From NCBI GenBank assembly GCA_963775685.1, contig CAVZJV010000004.1, forward strand, positions 1 through 19,793: a stretch of 19,793 nucleotides of DNA, given 5' to 3'. This DNA comes from Candidatus Bathyarchaeota archaeon. GTDB taxonomy: Archaea; Thermoproteota; Bathyarchaeia; Bathyarchaeales; Bathycorpusculaceae. Shown one piece after another: positions 9,501 to 19,050 of this stretch (within the stretch, counting starts at the first letter, position 1; each line of letters begins with the position of its first letter). The notes beneath the pieces were generated by a model. That model was given only the letters and a program-made list of their open reading frames with translations, made no database searches and was not told the origin of the DNA. Position numbers and translations under genes: made by a program.

Positions 9501-9624
9501 AGTTATAGGAGAGACTATTGAAATTCAAGACCGTATAGACGAATTGTATGGAGAGGTTGAACAAGACCTTATTCCTCTTGAGAAAACTAGTTCAAATGAA
9601 ATAATTGAAAAATTTATAAAATAG
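6505..9624 (+). CDS. Type IIG / type ISP-like single-chain RM enzyme (PD-(D/E)XK nuclease, N6-adenine MTase, LlaBIII-like specificity region), interrupted by in-frame TAG at 8611-8613
   Basis: Motifs GNPDF...YIEAK, GVYYTP, ILDPAAGT, GNPPY. C-terminal YRPFD, DFPRIPF, WEYQIGGYQVLSKWLK. ORFs 6505-8613 and 8620-9624 share one frame. Confidence 0.88.
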
Positions 9625-9766
9625 CAAAAAAACCTTTTACAATACTCTAAACAAATAAAATAAGAGCAACCCACGATACCACTTACTTCATGTTGAGTAA
9701 CTTAACATAACAGTATCGGATATACACAAAACTAAAAAGCATATTCTGCCCAAATTAGCTGTTTCT

Positions 9767-11251
9767 GTGGAAACTATGACACAGCTTACTCTCTATGGTG
9801 GCGTTAATGAAATTGGCGGAAACAAAATCCTTCTTGAAGATAAGGACGCAAAGATTTTCTTAGATTTTGGTATGAGTTTTGGTCAAGCAAACAAGTACTT
9901 CTCTGAGTTCTTGCAGCCCCGAAAATGCAACGGCTTAGGGGACTTTATCGCGTTTGGGCTTATCCCAGATCTTAAGGGACTTTACCGGCTGGATTATCTA
10001 AAACACATGGGGCGCTCCCATGAGGAGCTTGGTTTTGACGGAGTGCTTTTATCGCATGCTCATGCAGACCATGCCTCTTACATTAATCATCTGCGTGAAG
10101 ACCTGCCAATTTTTTGCTCAAAAGAAACCTACCACACACTCAAAGCAATGAACGATACTGGATCAGGCAGCTTTAACGACATTACCGATTTAACGCGATG
10201 TTTTGAAACGTACATTAACAAGAAAGGGGAAGTAAGCCGTAAAACCGCACAAACACACGATGACCTTTTGATTGAAAGAAAATATCAGCCCTTCGAATTT
10301 AAAAAACCCTTCAAAATAAAACATATCACCATAGAACCCTTTAGAGTTGATCATTCCCTAACGGGTGCCACTGGCTACATCATTCACACCTCTTCAGGCA
10401 CAATCGTTTACACTGGTGATTTTCGTTTTCATGGCCGCAGAGCAAAAGAAACTACTGCATTCATGGAAGCTTGCAAACGGTCAAATCCCGACCTGCTAAT
10501 CATAGAGGGCACGCGAATTGACGAGGATAACTCAAGAACAGAAACAGATGTGGAAGAAGAAATCTGTGGCATAGCGACTGAGGCAAATGGACTCTCAGTA
10601 TGCAACTGGTCGGTCAGGGATACTGATAGAATGCTTTCTTTTCTTAACGCTGCCAAAAAGATGAACAAAAAACTAGCAATTTCTTTGAAACAAGCTTATC
10701 TGCTTGATCAACTCTCAAAATGCTCTGACACCCTTATTCCAAGTTTAGATGATGATACTATAGAAATTTATGCTAACCGGAAGAGCTGGGGCTTGATCGG
10801 GAGTAGTGTATGTGAGCTACGAATGCGTAATCAAGATTATGATACTTGGGAGCGACCATATCTTGACCGAGCAATATGCTATAAAGACGTGAAAGCCAAG
10901 CAAAATGACTACCTACTGTTCTGCACTAACTTTGACCTAAAAGAACTAATTGATATTGCACCGTCAGCCGGATCAGTCTACATTAAGTCAGTCTGTGAGC
11001 CTTTTGACGCCGAAATGGAAATCGACTGGGAAAGAATACAAAACTGGATAGGACACTTTGGTTTAGATATAGCGGCAACTCATGTTTCTGGGCATGCAGC
11101 CGGGAATCAACTTAAAGAGTTCATAGATCAAGTCAACCCAAAAACTATTATCCCGATACATACAGAAAACGCTCAAACCTACAAAAAATGGTCAAGTAAT
11201 GTTCACCTTTTGGAAAAAGCCGGCGAAACCTTCAACCTTCCGTATTCTTAA
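9767..11251 (+). CDS. Metallo-beta-lactamase fold, beta-CASP / RNase J-like hydrolase
   Basis: GGVNEIGGN, LDFG, SHAHADH (HxHxDH), VDHS, YTGDFR, LIIEGT, HVSGHA, IPIHTE. The start may be ATG 9776. Confidence 0.88.
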   Translation: METMTQLTLYGGVNEIGGNKILLEDKDAKIFLDFGMSFGQANKYFSEFLQPRKCNGLGDFIAFGLIPDLKGLYRLDYLKHMGRSHEELGFDGVLLSHAHADHASYINHLREDLPIFCSKETYHTLKAMNDTGSGSFNDITDLTRCFETYINKKGEVSRKTAQTHDDLLIERKYQPFEFKKPFKIKHITIEPFRVDHSLTGATGYIIHTSSGTIVYTGDFRFHGRRAKETTAFMEACKRSNPDLLIIEGTRIDEDNSRTETDVEEEICGIATEANGLSVCNWSVRDTDRMLSFLNAAKKMNKKLAISLKQAYLLDQLSKCSDTLIPSLDDDTIEIYANRKSWGLIGSSVCELRMRNQDYDTWERPYLDRAICYKDVKAKQNDYLLFCTNFDLKELIDIAPSAGSVYIKSVCEPFDAEMEIDWERIQNWIGHFGLDIAATHVSGHAAGNQLKEFIDQVNPKTIIPIHTENAQTYKKWSSNVHLLEKAGETFNLPYS

Positions 11252-11730
11252 CACTCATGAAAAAAGAGTTAAATTATGAGAGGCCTGAAGATCTAAGATG
11301 TTTTGGATAAGAGAAATATTGTCCGGGGGAAAGACTATGGAGGTTAGGAGTAAGCACTATGATGTTTTGGGTCAGAGGATAGCGTTGGGGAACTCTGAAA
11401 CGGGTTGGTTGAAGGGTACGCCATCATCCAAGAAATAATTAAGATACCGGTGAAACAGATTCAAAAGTATGAGAGCAAACATCTTGCGACCAAATGGGCT
11501 GTTTAATATTCGGGAGATAAGGGGAGTTAAATCATGTCAAAATGTCTAAAGGGCATCTTTGATGCTGACAATCTTTCCTTTTAGACATCGATTGGTTTTT
11601 TCTCTTGCTAGTGCCAAATGCAAGCGATGAAAAACAAAACTCAATTAAAACTAATATAGATGTTAGAAAACCAGTTATCTGAAATCATAACTAAGGATTC
11701 ATAAAGCATAAGCCTCACAAAACGAATTGT

Positions 11731-11982
11731 ATGAGGACACTAATGACGCTTAGTTCAACCTTTAACCGAAGAATCTTCCTTGTCTTCCACTGTTTAGGCA
11801 TAAGTTGCACAGGCGGGGCAATATTCCTCCAAATCCTAACGTTCGCAAGCATATTCTACCAAGGATATTTTTGGGCAGTGGAGAAAAATCCCGCAATACT
11901 CTCAATAGAAATAGGCCTTACAGCCTTTGCACTGGTCTATTTTATTTATGTATATCAACGAATAATTCATTCTTTGAAATAA
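11731..11982 (+). CDS. Small integral membrane protein (2 predicted TM helices)
   Basis: Two hydrophobic stretches separated by AVEKNP. Confidence 0.6.
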   Translation: MRTLMTLSSTFNRRIFLVFHCLGISCTGGAIFLQILTFASIFYQGYFWAVEKNPAILSIEIGLTAFALVYFIYVYQRIIHSLK

Positions 11983-12089
11983 ACATAGAAACAGTTGCGT
12001 TTTTTCCCGTTATCTGACCCTCAAATAGGGTTATAGAGATGTCGGAGCTTGCAAATTATTTTGTTGTGTTCATCAACAATACTTATTTC

Positions 12090-14689
12090 TTAGAGTCGCC
12101 TTTTTTTCACGATTCTGAATGTAGCTACGCTGACTACTGCAATAGCAAACACTGCTAACGCATAGAGGTAGAGGGGTGTTTCTGTGGGCTGTGATGTAGG
12201 TGAAGGCGATGGTGATTGAATGCGGCTTGGACTTGGGGTTGCAGTAGCAGGGGTTATAGTAGGGCTTAGAGTTGGGGTTGACGAGGTAATTGTTGGTGAA
12301 GCCGTAGGCGTTGAGGTTTGCGGGGTTGTAGTTGTTGGAGTGGGTAAGGGTGTTGAAGAAGGTGAAGCTATTGGGGTCGAAGTAGGAGTAGATGTGGAGG
12401 AAGGTGAAGGTGTTGCCGTTGGATTTGGTGTTGGAGTAGACGTAGGACTCGGAGTGGGTGTGGGTGATGAAGTAGGTGTCGGGGTTGGTGTAGGAGGTGT
12501 TTCTAAAATGATGGTGTCTGAGTAGGTGGAACTGAGCAAACCCGCGTTATCCTTGACTTGATAGTAAACAGTTTTTATTCCGTCACCAGCTATTAAGGTC
12601 CAGGTCTTAAATGCTGAAGGCGTCTCCCATGGTTCAGTGTCCCATATACCGTCGTTACTGTATCGAGCTTGAGACACACCTGACGTCAAATCATTCGCAC
12701 TCAGCGCCAAGGTTACTGACGGAGAAGATGTAAAGGCATCGCCATTGTTCAAAATAATTGAGCCAGTAGGGGCGTTCTTGTCTAGTTTTATTCCTTGTAG
12801 AGTTTTATGCGGAAGCTCCTCGTTTCCGAGGCTGTCTGTACTCCAGTACTCTAACTTGTTTTTGGCGCCTTCAACGTTTATTATAGGTTGATTATTGATG
12901 TTGACACTTCTTATTGAGCCATCGTTGATTCTGTAGTAAGTGTCGAAAACGCCAGTAAAGTCATCTACGGCTGATAGTTTTATTGCGAAGTCTGCTGTGT
13001 GCCATAAACCGTCGTATTCATGAACAGTATGTGGGGGCGAATCTGCAGGAATCTTAACAAGCCAACCATCGCTACCTCCTGCTCCGTACGAGTTTGTAGT
13101 TCCTGCCATCGCGTAGCCCCCATCAGAAGCCTGGATAACAGATTCTGCTTGCTCGCTTTTTGTTCCTCCGTAGGTTCTACTCCATTGGGTATTACCAACT
13201 GAGTCAGTTTTGACAAGCCAAGCATCGCTTTCTCCAGCTCCATATGACCATGTAGTTCCTGCCATCGCGTAGCCCCCATCAGAAGCCTGGATAACAGAGT
13301 TCCAATCGTCGATGTCTGTTCCTCCGTAGGTTCTACTCCATTGGGTATTACCAACTGAGTCAGTTTTGACAAGCCAAGCATCGGTATCGCTCACTCCATA
13401 TGATGTGTCTGTGGTGCCCGCTAACGCGTATCCTCCGTCAGGAGTCTGGATAACAGACCTTGCAAGCTCATTTTTTGTTCCGCCTGTTGCTCCATCTCCG
13501 TAGGTTTTGCTCCACTGGGCATAGCCGGTTGAGTTAGTCTTGACAAGCAAAGCATCTCCTTTTCCAGATCCCGCTATTGCGTAGCCTCCATCAGAAGTCT
13601 GGATAACAGAGAAACCACGGTTGTAATATTCAATACCGTAGGTTCTGTTCCACTGGCTATTGCCCACTGAGTCAGTCTTGACAAGCCATGTTTTTCCGCC
13701 TCCTACTGCATATGTGATACCTGTTATTGCGTAGCCTCCATCAGAAGTCTGAATGATGCAACCTGGCTCTGCATACTCATTACCAGGTCCGCCGTAGGCT
13801 CTGCGCCACTGTTCGTTACCAGCAGAGTCTGTTTTAACGAGCAAGAAGTTCGAGTTGGGATATACACGTGGAGGAGACGACTGATTAGTACCCGCTAAAG
13901 CGTAGCCGCCGTCAGAAGTCTGGATGCCATACTGTATTGTTCCGTAGGTTTTGTTCCACTGGCTATCGCCCACTGAGTCAGTCTTGACAAGCCAACCTTC
14001 TGCACCAACTATTGAGTATCCTCCATCAGGCGTCTGAATTACAGAATATGCATATTCGTTGCTTGCTCCTCCGTATGTTTTACTCCATCCAAGCGATTGC
14101 ACAATCAATTGTCGTGCCTGCATCGTGTCCTGCCATACTGAAAACCCACCGCCCCACTAGGATGAGAATAATCCAGTGCCTCCAAAACCTTAACCCCGTC
14201 CACAAACAACTGCAATGAACCACAAACCGCAACCGCAGAAACCGTATACCACCTGCCCGCTTCTACCTCGCTGTAAAGCCCTGAAAAAGCCAACTCTTGA
14301 TAGACACCATCCACAACTCTTGAAAGACTATACTTGTGACCAAAACTTCCCAGCCCCAAAAGGTAAAAGTTGAAAGGATCAGTGTACCTCACGACAAGAC
14401 CCGCTTCGCCTCCAGGGTTAACTGCACGAAGATTCGCGGTTGCTTTATAATACATCCAAGAGAGATCTCCTGTCCAAACTAATGCTTCTCCATTAGCTGC
14501 TGTACCCTGAAGCAGACTTCCTGAAGTAGTCCAAACACCATTAATTACGTTCATGTTATCCAGATTGGCAAAATTATCGCTGAACAAAACCAAAGCACTG
14601 GCTTCTGGCAGTTTCACTTCAAAAACCAAAACACAAGATAACAGCAACAAGAAAGCTAATGCTACTCCAAACCTAAACGGTCTCCTCAA
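12090..14689 (-). CDS. Cell-surface protein: signal peptide, ConA/DUF1080-like beta-sandwich, 7-blade beta-propeller, Ig-like domains, Pro/Thr/Ser linker, C-terminal TM anchor; one frameshift near 14140
   Basis: ORF 14105-14689 joins 12090-14123 by a single base ([15 protein letters not shown]). Seven WxxTYG...IQTxDGGY...LVKT repeats, PT-rich tract, hydrophobic tail followed by KKRRL. Confidence 0.8.
12180..12500 (-). repeat. Low-complexity Pro/Thr/Ser coding tract
   Basis: [17 protein letters not shown]... linker, probably a glycosylated stalk. Confidence 0.8.
13095..13383. repeat. 156-bp-period intragenic duplication (propeller blades 6 and 7) with identical 48-bp and 67-bp blocks
   Basis: 13095-13142 = 13251-13298 and 13161-13227 = 13317-13383; the intervening 18 bp are highly divergent. 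Confidence 0.9.
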
Positions 14690-14822
14690 AACTTCTCCAC
14701 TCCATTAATTTTAAGGTTGAATCAGCATTTAAGTTTTATTCCGGCATCTTTTGAGGTTGACTCTGTAGGAATTAACAATGAGGTTAGTGGTTAGTAGAAG
14801 TCAACCCTGAACTCTACTCTTT

Positions 14823-14951
14823 TCAGTTAGGGCTTTGCATTTCCTTCAATGAGGGAATATACTGCAAGGAAACTGTTATTCGCCCTCGACTAAGTCTGCT
14901 TCTAATTTCGTTATTTATTCTTGTGTTGCCTCTTCCTTTGCTGGATGACCA
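14823..14951 (-). pseudogene. Orphan 3' tip (copy 3) of an ABC-GNAT homologue
   Basis: Reads SKGRGNTRINNEIRSRLSRGRITVSLQYIPSLKEMQSPN*, matching the gene end at 16975-17075. Positions 14914-14942 match 17036-17064 at 28 of 29 bases. Confidence 0.85.
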
Positions 14952-15195
14952 GAAAGAGATAATGAGTAAATTGTTCTAAAAATGGGATTTATGCCTCGCG
15001 TGTTTGAACTTAAGTTTAGATGTGGACGCCTTTAGGAGTCCTTATTCTATTTCTGGGAGGTAAGGTTTGGTTTTTTGTCTTTAAGTGGTCGGTTGCTTGT
15101 TGTAGTGACGAGGCTACAGCACGACTTTATATCTTTAATCGTCACTCTTAATATTGATTATATTCAGTTTTGAACTATCTAAAGAGGTGAAATAT

Positions 15196-15543
15196 TTGAA
15201 CAAAAAAATCTTCCATGGAGCCATTCTCGAAAGCATCCTGCTCAACCTAATAAGCGAAACATCCGAACGTGGCCTATACGGCTACGCCATCTTGAAGGCA
15301 GTGGATAAAAAATTTAAAATATACTTGAGCGCATCAACTATATACCCGAACTTAGGCGTTTGGAGAAACATGGGCTCATAGGTTCAAGCTGGGAGTTCGT
15401 TTGGGAAAAGCTCGCAAGCAATATCGAATTACGAGGAAAGGGAAAGGAGTCTGCTGATGGCGTATTTTGTAGAGTTGAAAGCTGTTATTCCAGTTTTCGT
15501 TACATGCAAAACAGAAGACGGTTTAGTTGCAGTGAATGAATAG
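15196..15543 (+). pseudogene. PadR-family wHTH regulator, three apparent frameshifts (near 15346, 15402, 15445)
   Basis: TTG after GAGGTGA. Reconstructed GLYGYAILKAVDKKFKIYLSASTIYPELRRLEKHGLIGSSWE..GKARKQYRITRKG. Confidence 0.75.
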
Positions 15544-15571
15544 GATTGTTTAATTTGTGAATTTCGAAGAT

Positions 15572-15626
15572 TTGCAGAAACATATTGCATGGAAACAGTT
15601 ATGCGTTTTCGGCTAAGGCTACCCCT
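15572..15626 (-). pseudogene. Orphan 3' tip (copy 2) of an ABC-GNAT homologue
   Basis: SLSRKRITVSMQYVSA versus SLSRKRITVSMQYVPA at 16973-17020; most differences are synonymous. Confidence 0.8.
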
Positions 15627-15678
15627 AAAGTAATGTAAAATAAAATTTTGAGTTAAAGTCATACTTCGAATGGTCTAT

Positions 15679-16826
15679 CTATTGCCCCACTCTGATACTT
15701 GATCCGCCGTACCTAAACGAAGGCCCAACTTGCCCTTGAGGGTTCAATTCACTGTAGACTGGGTCAACTCTGAATCCGCCTATGTCTCCTGAAGTGTTCC
15801 AACGGTATGTTTGGTTGAAAGGCTGGATAATCGCAGCGTTTGAACCAGGAGAAACTCTGAATAGGAGAATGTCTTGAGCTGCTGTGCTTGCTGGCCCATA
15901 AGTTATTTGTGAAATGTCATAACCTAAGAGAACATATTTTAACCGATCAAATTGCGGTGCCCCCCATGTGAGGGTGGCTTTTCCCTTTTCCCAGACACCG
16001 TTTAGAAAAGGCAGAGTGCCAAGTCCTGGCGGAACAACCGATATGCCTTCTCCAGTGATTGGAACACCTTGATCCGAAGTTGTGGGTTGCGGATTTAGGC
16101 TTCCCTGAATGCCAGTGGGCGTTTGTGTTTCTAACGAGGGAGACTGTTCATATTGGTAATTTCTAGGTGGCTTTCTCTCCACTGTATGGTCTCTCTATTC
16201 TTCTTATCCATTACATTTTGCATTCGCTGTTGCCTTTTTGCCTTACTAAACTTGATAACGGCTACTATAACCGCCATTAGGGCTATGCCAACGGCGCCAG
16301 CTATGATGAAAGGTACAAAGGCAACTATTGAATCACCATTAAAAAGACCCAAACCACCACCGCCTCCGCTTCCACCAGATGTTCTTGTAGCGGTCCAACT
16401 CATGCTAAAACTTCTTGCACCCAATGGGTCAACCATCGTTCCTGTGATTGTTCCGCTTGCTGACGTCGCTGATGGGAATTTTGCATTTAATGTTCCTTCG
16501 CCATAACCATTAATTTGCCCATTTCCAGAGTCGTAAGAAGCAGTTAAAGTCAGACTCATTATAGTATCAGACATAAAACCTTCAACAGAGATTGGGTAGG
16601 ATCCCGATGGCGTGCTGCCTGTGAAGCCTGAGGATGTGAAGTCACCGTTTGACTGCACATTTATCGTTCCAGAGTAAGATCCGCCTTCCACAGTTGCAAC
16701 CATTTCCCAAGTTTGAAATGCCGATTGCGCTTTAATCGTAGAAATGAATACTCCAAAAATAGCAAAACTTGATAGCAGGATAATTAACGCCAAAATCGCA
16801 ATTTTTGGATTCCTGTTAGCTTTCAA
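15679..16826 (-). CDS. Single-pass membrane protein: signal peptide, Ser/Gly/Thr-rich extracellular beta domain, TM helix, Pro-rich linker, small beta-rich C-terminal domain; probably one gene frameshifted near 16190 (alternatively two genes)
   Basis: ORFs 16131-16826 and 15679-16182 overlap by 52 nt, and the junction lies in an AG-rich microrepeat. Confidence 0.55.
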
Positions 16827-16947
16827 ACAAATACGCCCGCAACACCCTATTAAATATTAAATAATATATGATTTGTTTCTTCTCAATCAAGATTAGCAAT
16901 AAACGAAGAGCCGAGCGCTCTTATCTTCAGAATTTTTCAGTCATTGA

Positions 16948-18033
16948 TTACAGATTTAATGCGTTTGGACTCGCAGGGACATACTGCATGGAAACGGTTA
17001 TTCGTTTTCGGCTAAGACTTCTTCGTATTTCATTGTTTATTCTTGTGTTTCCTCTTCCTTTGCTTGCGTGTCCAAAGCGGGCTATTTTCCAGTTTTTCAT
17101 GTTTCCTCTGTATGATCTGAGGATTGCTTGTTAGGATGTAGAAGGGCATTTTTGTTTGGGAAGAGTAAAGTTCAGCGATAAAGTTTAGGAATCGTTTGCC
17201 AACGCCGATTCCTTGATAGTCTGGCAGCACAACTAATCGGCTTACTCGATAATATTTTGCTTTCATTCTTACGCATGCGACAGCTATGAAGGCAATGGGT
17301 TTGTCTTGATAGACTGCAGTGTAGCATCTGACTCCTGCACCTAAGGAGCCGTTTAGATAGTGATATTGCCGAAACATCTGCCAAAGGAAGCGCCGCACCG
17401 ATGGACTTGGAGTTCAACGGGCGGCCTGACTTCTTTTTTTCGGCTAAACTCCATAGTGTCAGTGCAGAAAACCCAATCGGGATCAAGCCAATCAACAACA
17501 TCATAATGGCAGGTTACAGCTATGAATTTCTTTTTGAGCTCTTCGAACTGCTTTGCTTATTGCAAAGGCGCTAACTTTGGCAATTTCCCTATCCACAACG
17601 ATTGTAAACTCATCGAAAACCACTAATGGCTTATCTAAGCAAAGTGCGCGTGCGATGTCAACACGCATCTTTTCTCCTTGGCTTAGGCAATCATAACTTT
17701 TGAGCCAGTCAGGAGGAGAAGCAAAACCTACACTGCAAAGCATCTTTGTAATTTCTCCTGTTTCAAGCTCTTCGGGAAAATCATCAAGACGCATTTGCTT
17801 GGATACTCAAACCCTCGGATGTAGGCTTCAGGGAAAAGCTGTTTAGCAATGCTTGTTTTGCCTGAACCACTGCGCCCCACAATAACGCCAACTTGCCAAT
17901 CATAATCTTCAATGGGCAAGGAGCCTTTGAAATGCTTCTCCAACTTGACTTCAGATAGGGTATAGCTGCCAACTACGCTTTGAGACCTGAAACTATCTGC
18001 TTCATCCCAGCTTTTTACAATGTCAAAATCCGT
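16948..18033 (-). CDS. ABC-type ATPase fused to a GNAT acetyltransferase, four apparent frameshifts (near 17787, 17533, 17388, 17110)
   Basis: GRSGSGKT (Walker A), LSQGEKMR (ABC signature), VVFDEFT (Walker B), AVTCHYDVVDWLDPDW (H-loop), FRQYHYL, RLVVLPDYQGIGVG (acetyl-CoA motif A). Confidence 0.82.
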
Positions 18034-18601
18034 AGCTTATACCCCTCCGCTTTTAGCTTCTCAAAATATGCTTTTTGATTCGCTTCATCTTTGCATTCAA
18101 TGATTATCTCGTAGGTTTCAGGAACCGAAAGAGAGACCTCACGTTCGCCTAACCTCCTCGGGGAGTCTTCTCGCCGACTGATTCAAGAAGCACCTTTAAA
18201 TCGTCTTTTTCACCCAGCTCAAGTATGCGCAGGTACTCAGCGTTATCAAGCTCCTTGTTGTGTTTCCCCTTTAGCTTGTTGAGCACTTGCCTAAGCATCC
18301 TTCTATCAACATCAGAGACGGACAATCGTAAAACGGGCGCATAGAATTCGCCATGTTGCTTGCAAACTTCAGCTCTTTGCTCGCCATCAGCATAGACGCC
18401 ATCCCTATTGGTTATTATCGGATATGCCCAACCGTATTTTTTCAGACTTCGCCAAATTTGCTCTTGCTGCTTAAGGGTGGTGCGGTTAGGGTTGTGCTGG
18501 TCTGCTGTTAAAAGGCGAATATCTTCCAGTAGTGGGATATAGGCTTCTGGAACTCTGAGGGTAGTTTTGTTTTCCAAAGAACAGGTCTCCTTCATCAACA
18601 T
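18015..18601 (-). CDS. ParB/Srx N-terminal-like protein, frameshifted near 18155-18168
   Basis: NPNR...SLKKYGWAYPIITNRDGVYADGEQR...LNKLKG. Continues in another frame as PETYEIIIECKDEANQKAYFEKLKAEGYKLRILTL*, overlapping the ABC gene start. Likely start TTG 18577. Confidence 0.75.
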
Positions 18602-18620
18602 ATTAGGTTAAAAAACAGGT

Positions 18621-19050
18621 TTACAGAAGCTTTTTTGCTTCCATTAATGATTTAAGCTCGGCAATCTCAGTTGCTGCCCTGGCTGATTTTGTATTATGAT
18701 CCTGCTTTTCTTTAAGCGTCTCTAACCCCAGCAAAGCCAAGAGTCCGATCGGTTATGTCCACCATTTTTGATAGGTACGCTGGTTTCTGGGCGTTCGCCT
18801 GCTGTTTGGAAGTGAAGGCTTGCCATCCGATAGAGATAGTCATACCGATTAACAAGTATAAGCCGTGCTTTGTCTAGTTCGAAGAGTTGGGTTAGGACGG
18901 GTTGCCAGGTGTCGCGGGTTTCTGCGTCATAGTAGATGTTTCTCTCTGAGGTTTGGTATTTTTCGCTTAGCACCTTCACTATTTCGCAGAGGGTAAAGCC
19001 TTTTGCTTCGAGCTTTAGGAATTCTAAGCGTCTTTCAAGATTTCGTTCAT
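18621..19050 (-). CDS. HTH protein (terminase small subunit-like architecture), several apparent frameshifts
   Basis: ATG 19050 follows GGAGG and overlaps the upstream TGA. ERRLEFLKLEAKGFTLCEIVKVLSEKYQTSERNIYYD fits an HTH. A helical tail ends ELKSLMEAKKLL* at 18621. Confidence 0.5.

Noticed and set aside
11277-11510. Possible degraded ORF and 10-bp repeat GATGTTTTGG after the MBL gene
   Set aside because: Multiple stops, no recognisable motif, and the repeat is too short to be significant.
12017-12031. Hairpin ACCCTCAAATAGGGT loosely resembling the 19-38 palindrome (second att site?)
   Set aside because: Only a 5-bp stem with different spacing. It lies between convergent genes, so chance or a terminator is as likely.
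13095-13383. Diversity-generating retroelement TR/VR pair
   Set aside because: The differences are not confined to adenines of one copy, both copies are coding blades of the same gene, and no reverse transcriptase is in the window.
14753-14808. Short inverted repeat GGTTGACT...AGTCAACC
   Set aside because: An 8-bp arm with a long loop and no further support as a MITE or structured RNA.
15429-15662. 77-aa ORF as an independent gene
   Set aside because: Its only recognisable part is the orphan ABC-GNAT tip, and much of the rest is antisense to PadR.
17501-17943. ABC transporter
   Set aside because: No permease or binding-protein genes nearby; the ATPase continues into a GNAT domain and is coupled to a ParB-like gene.
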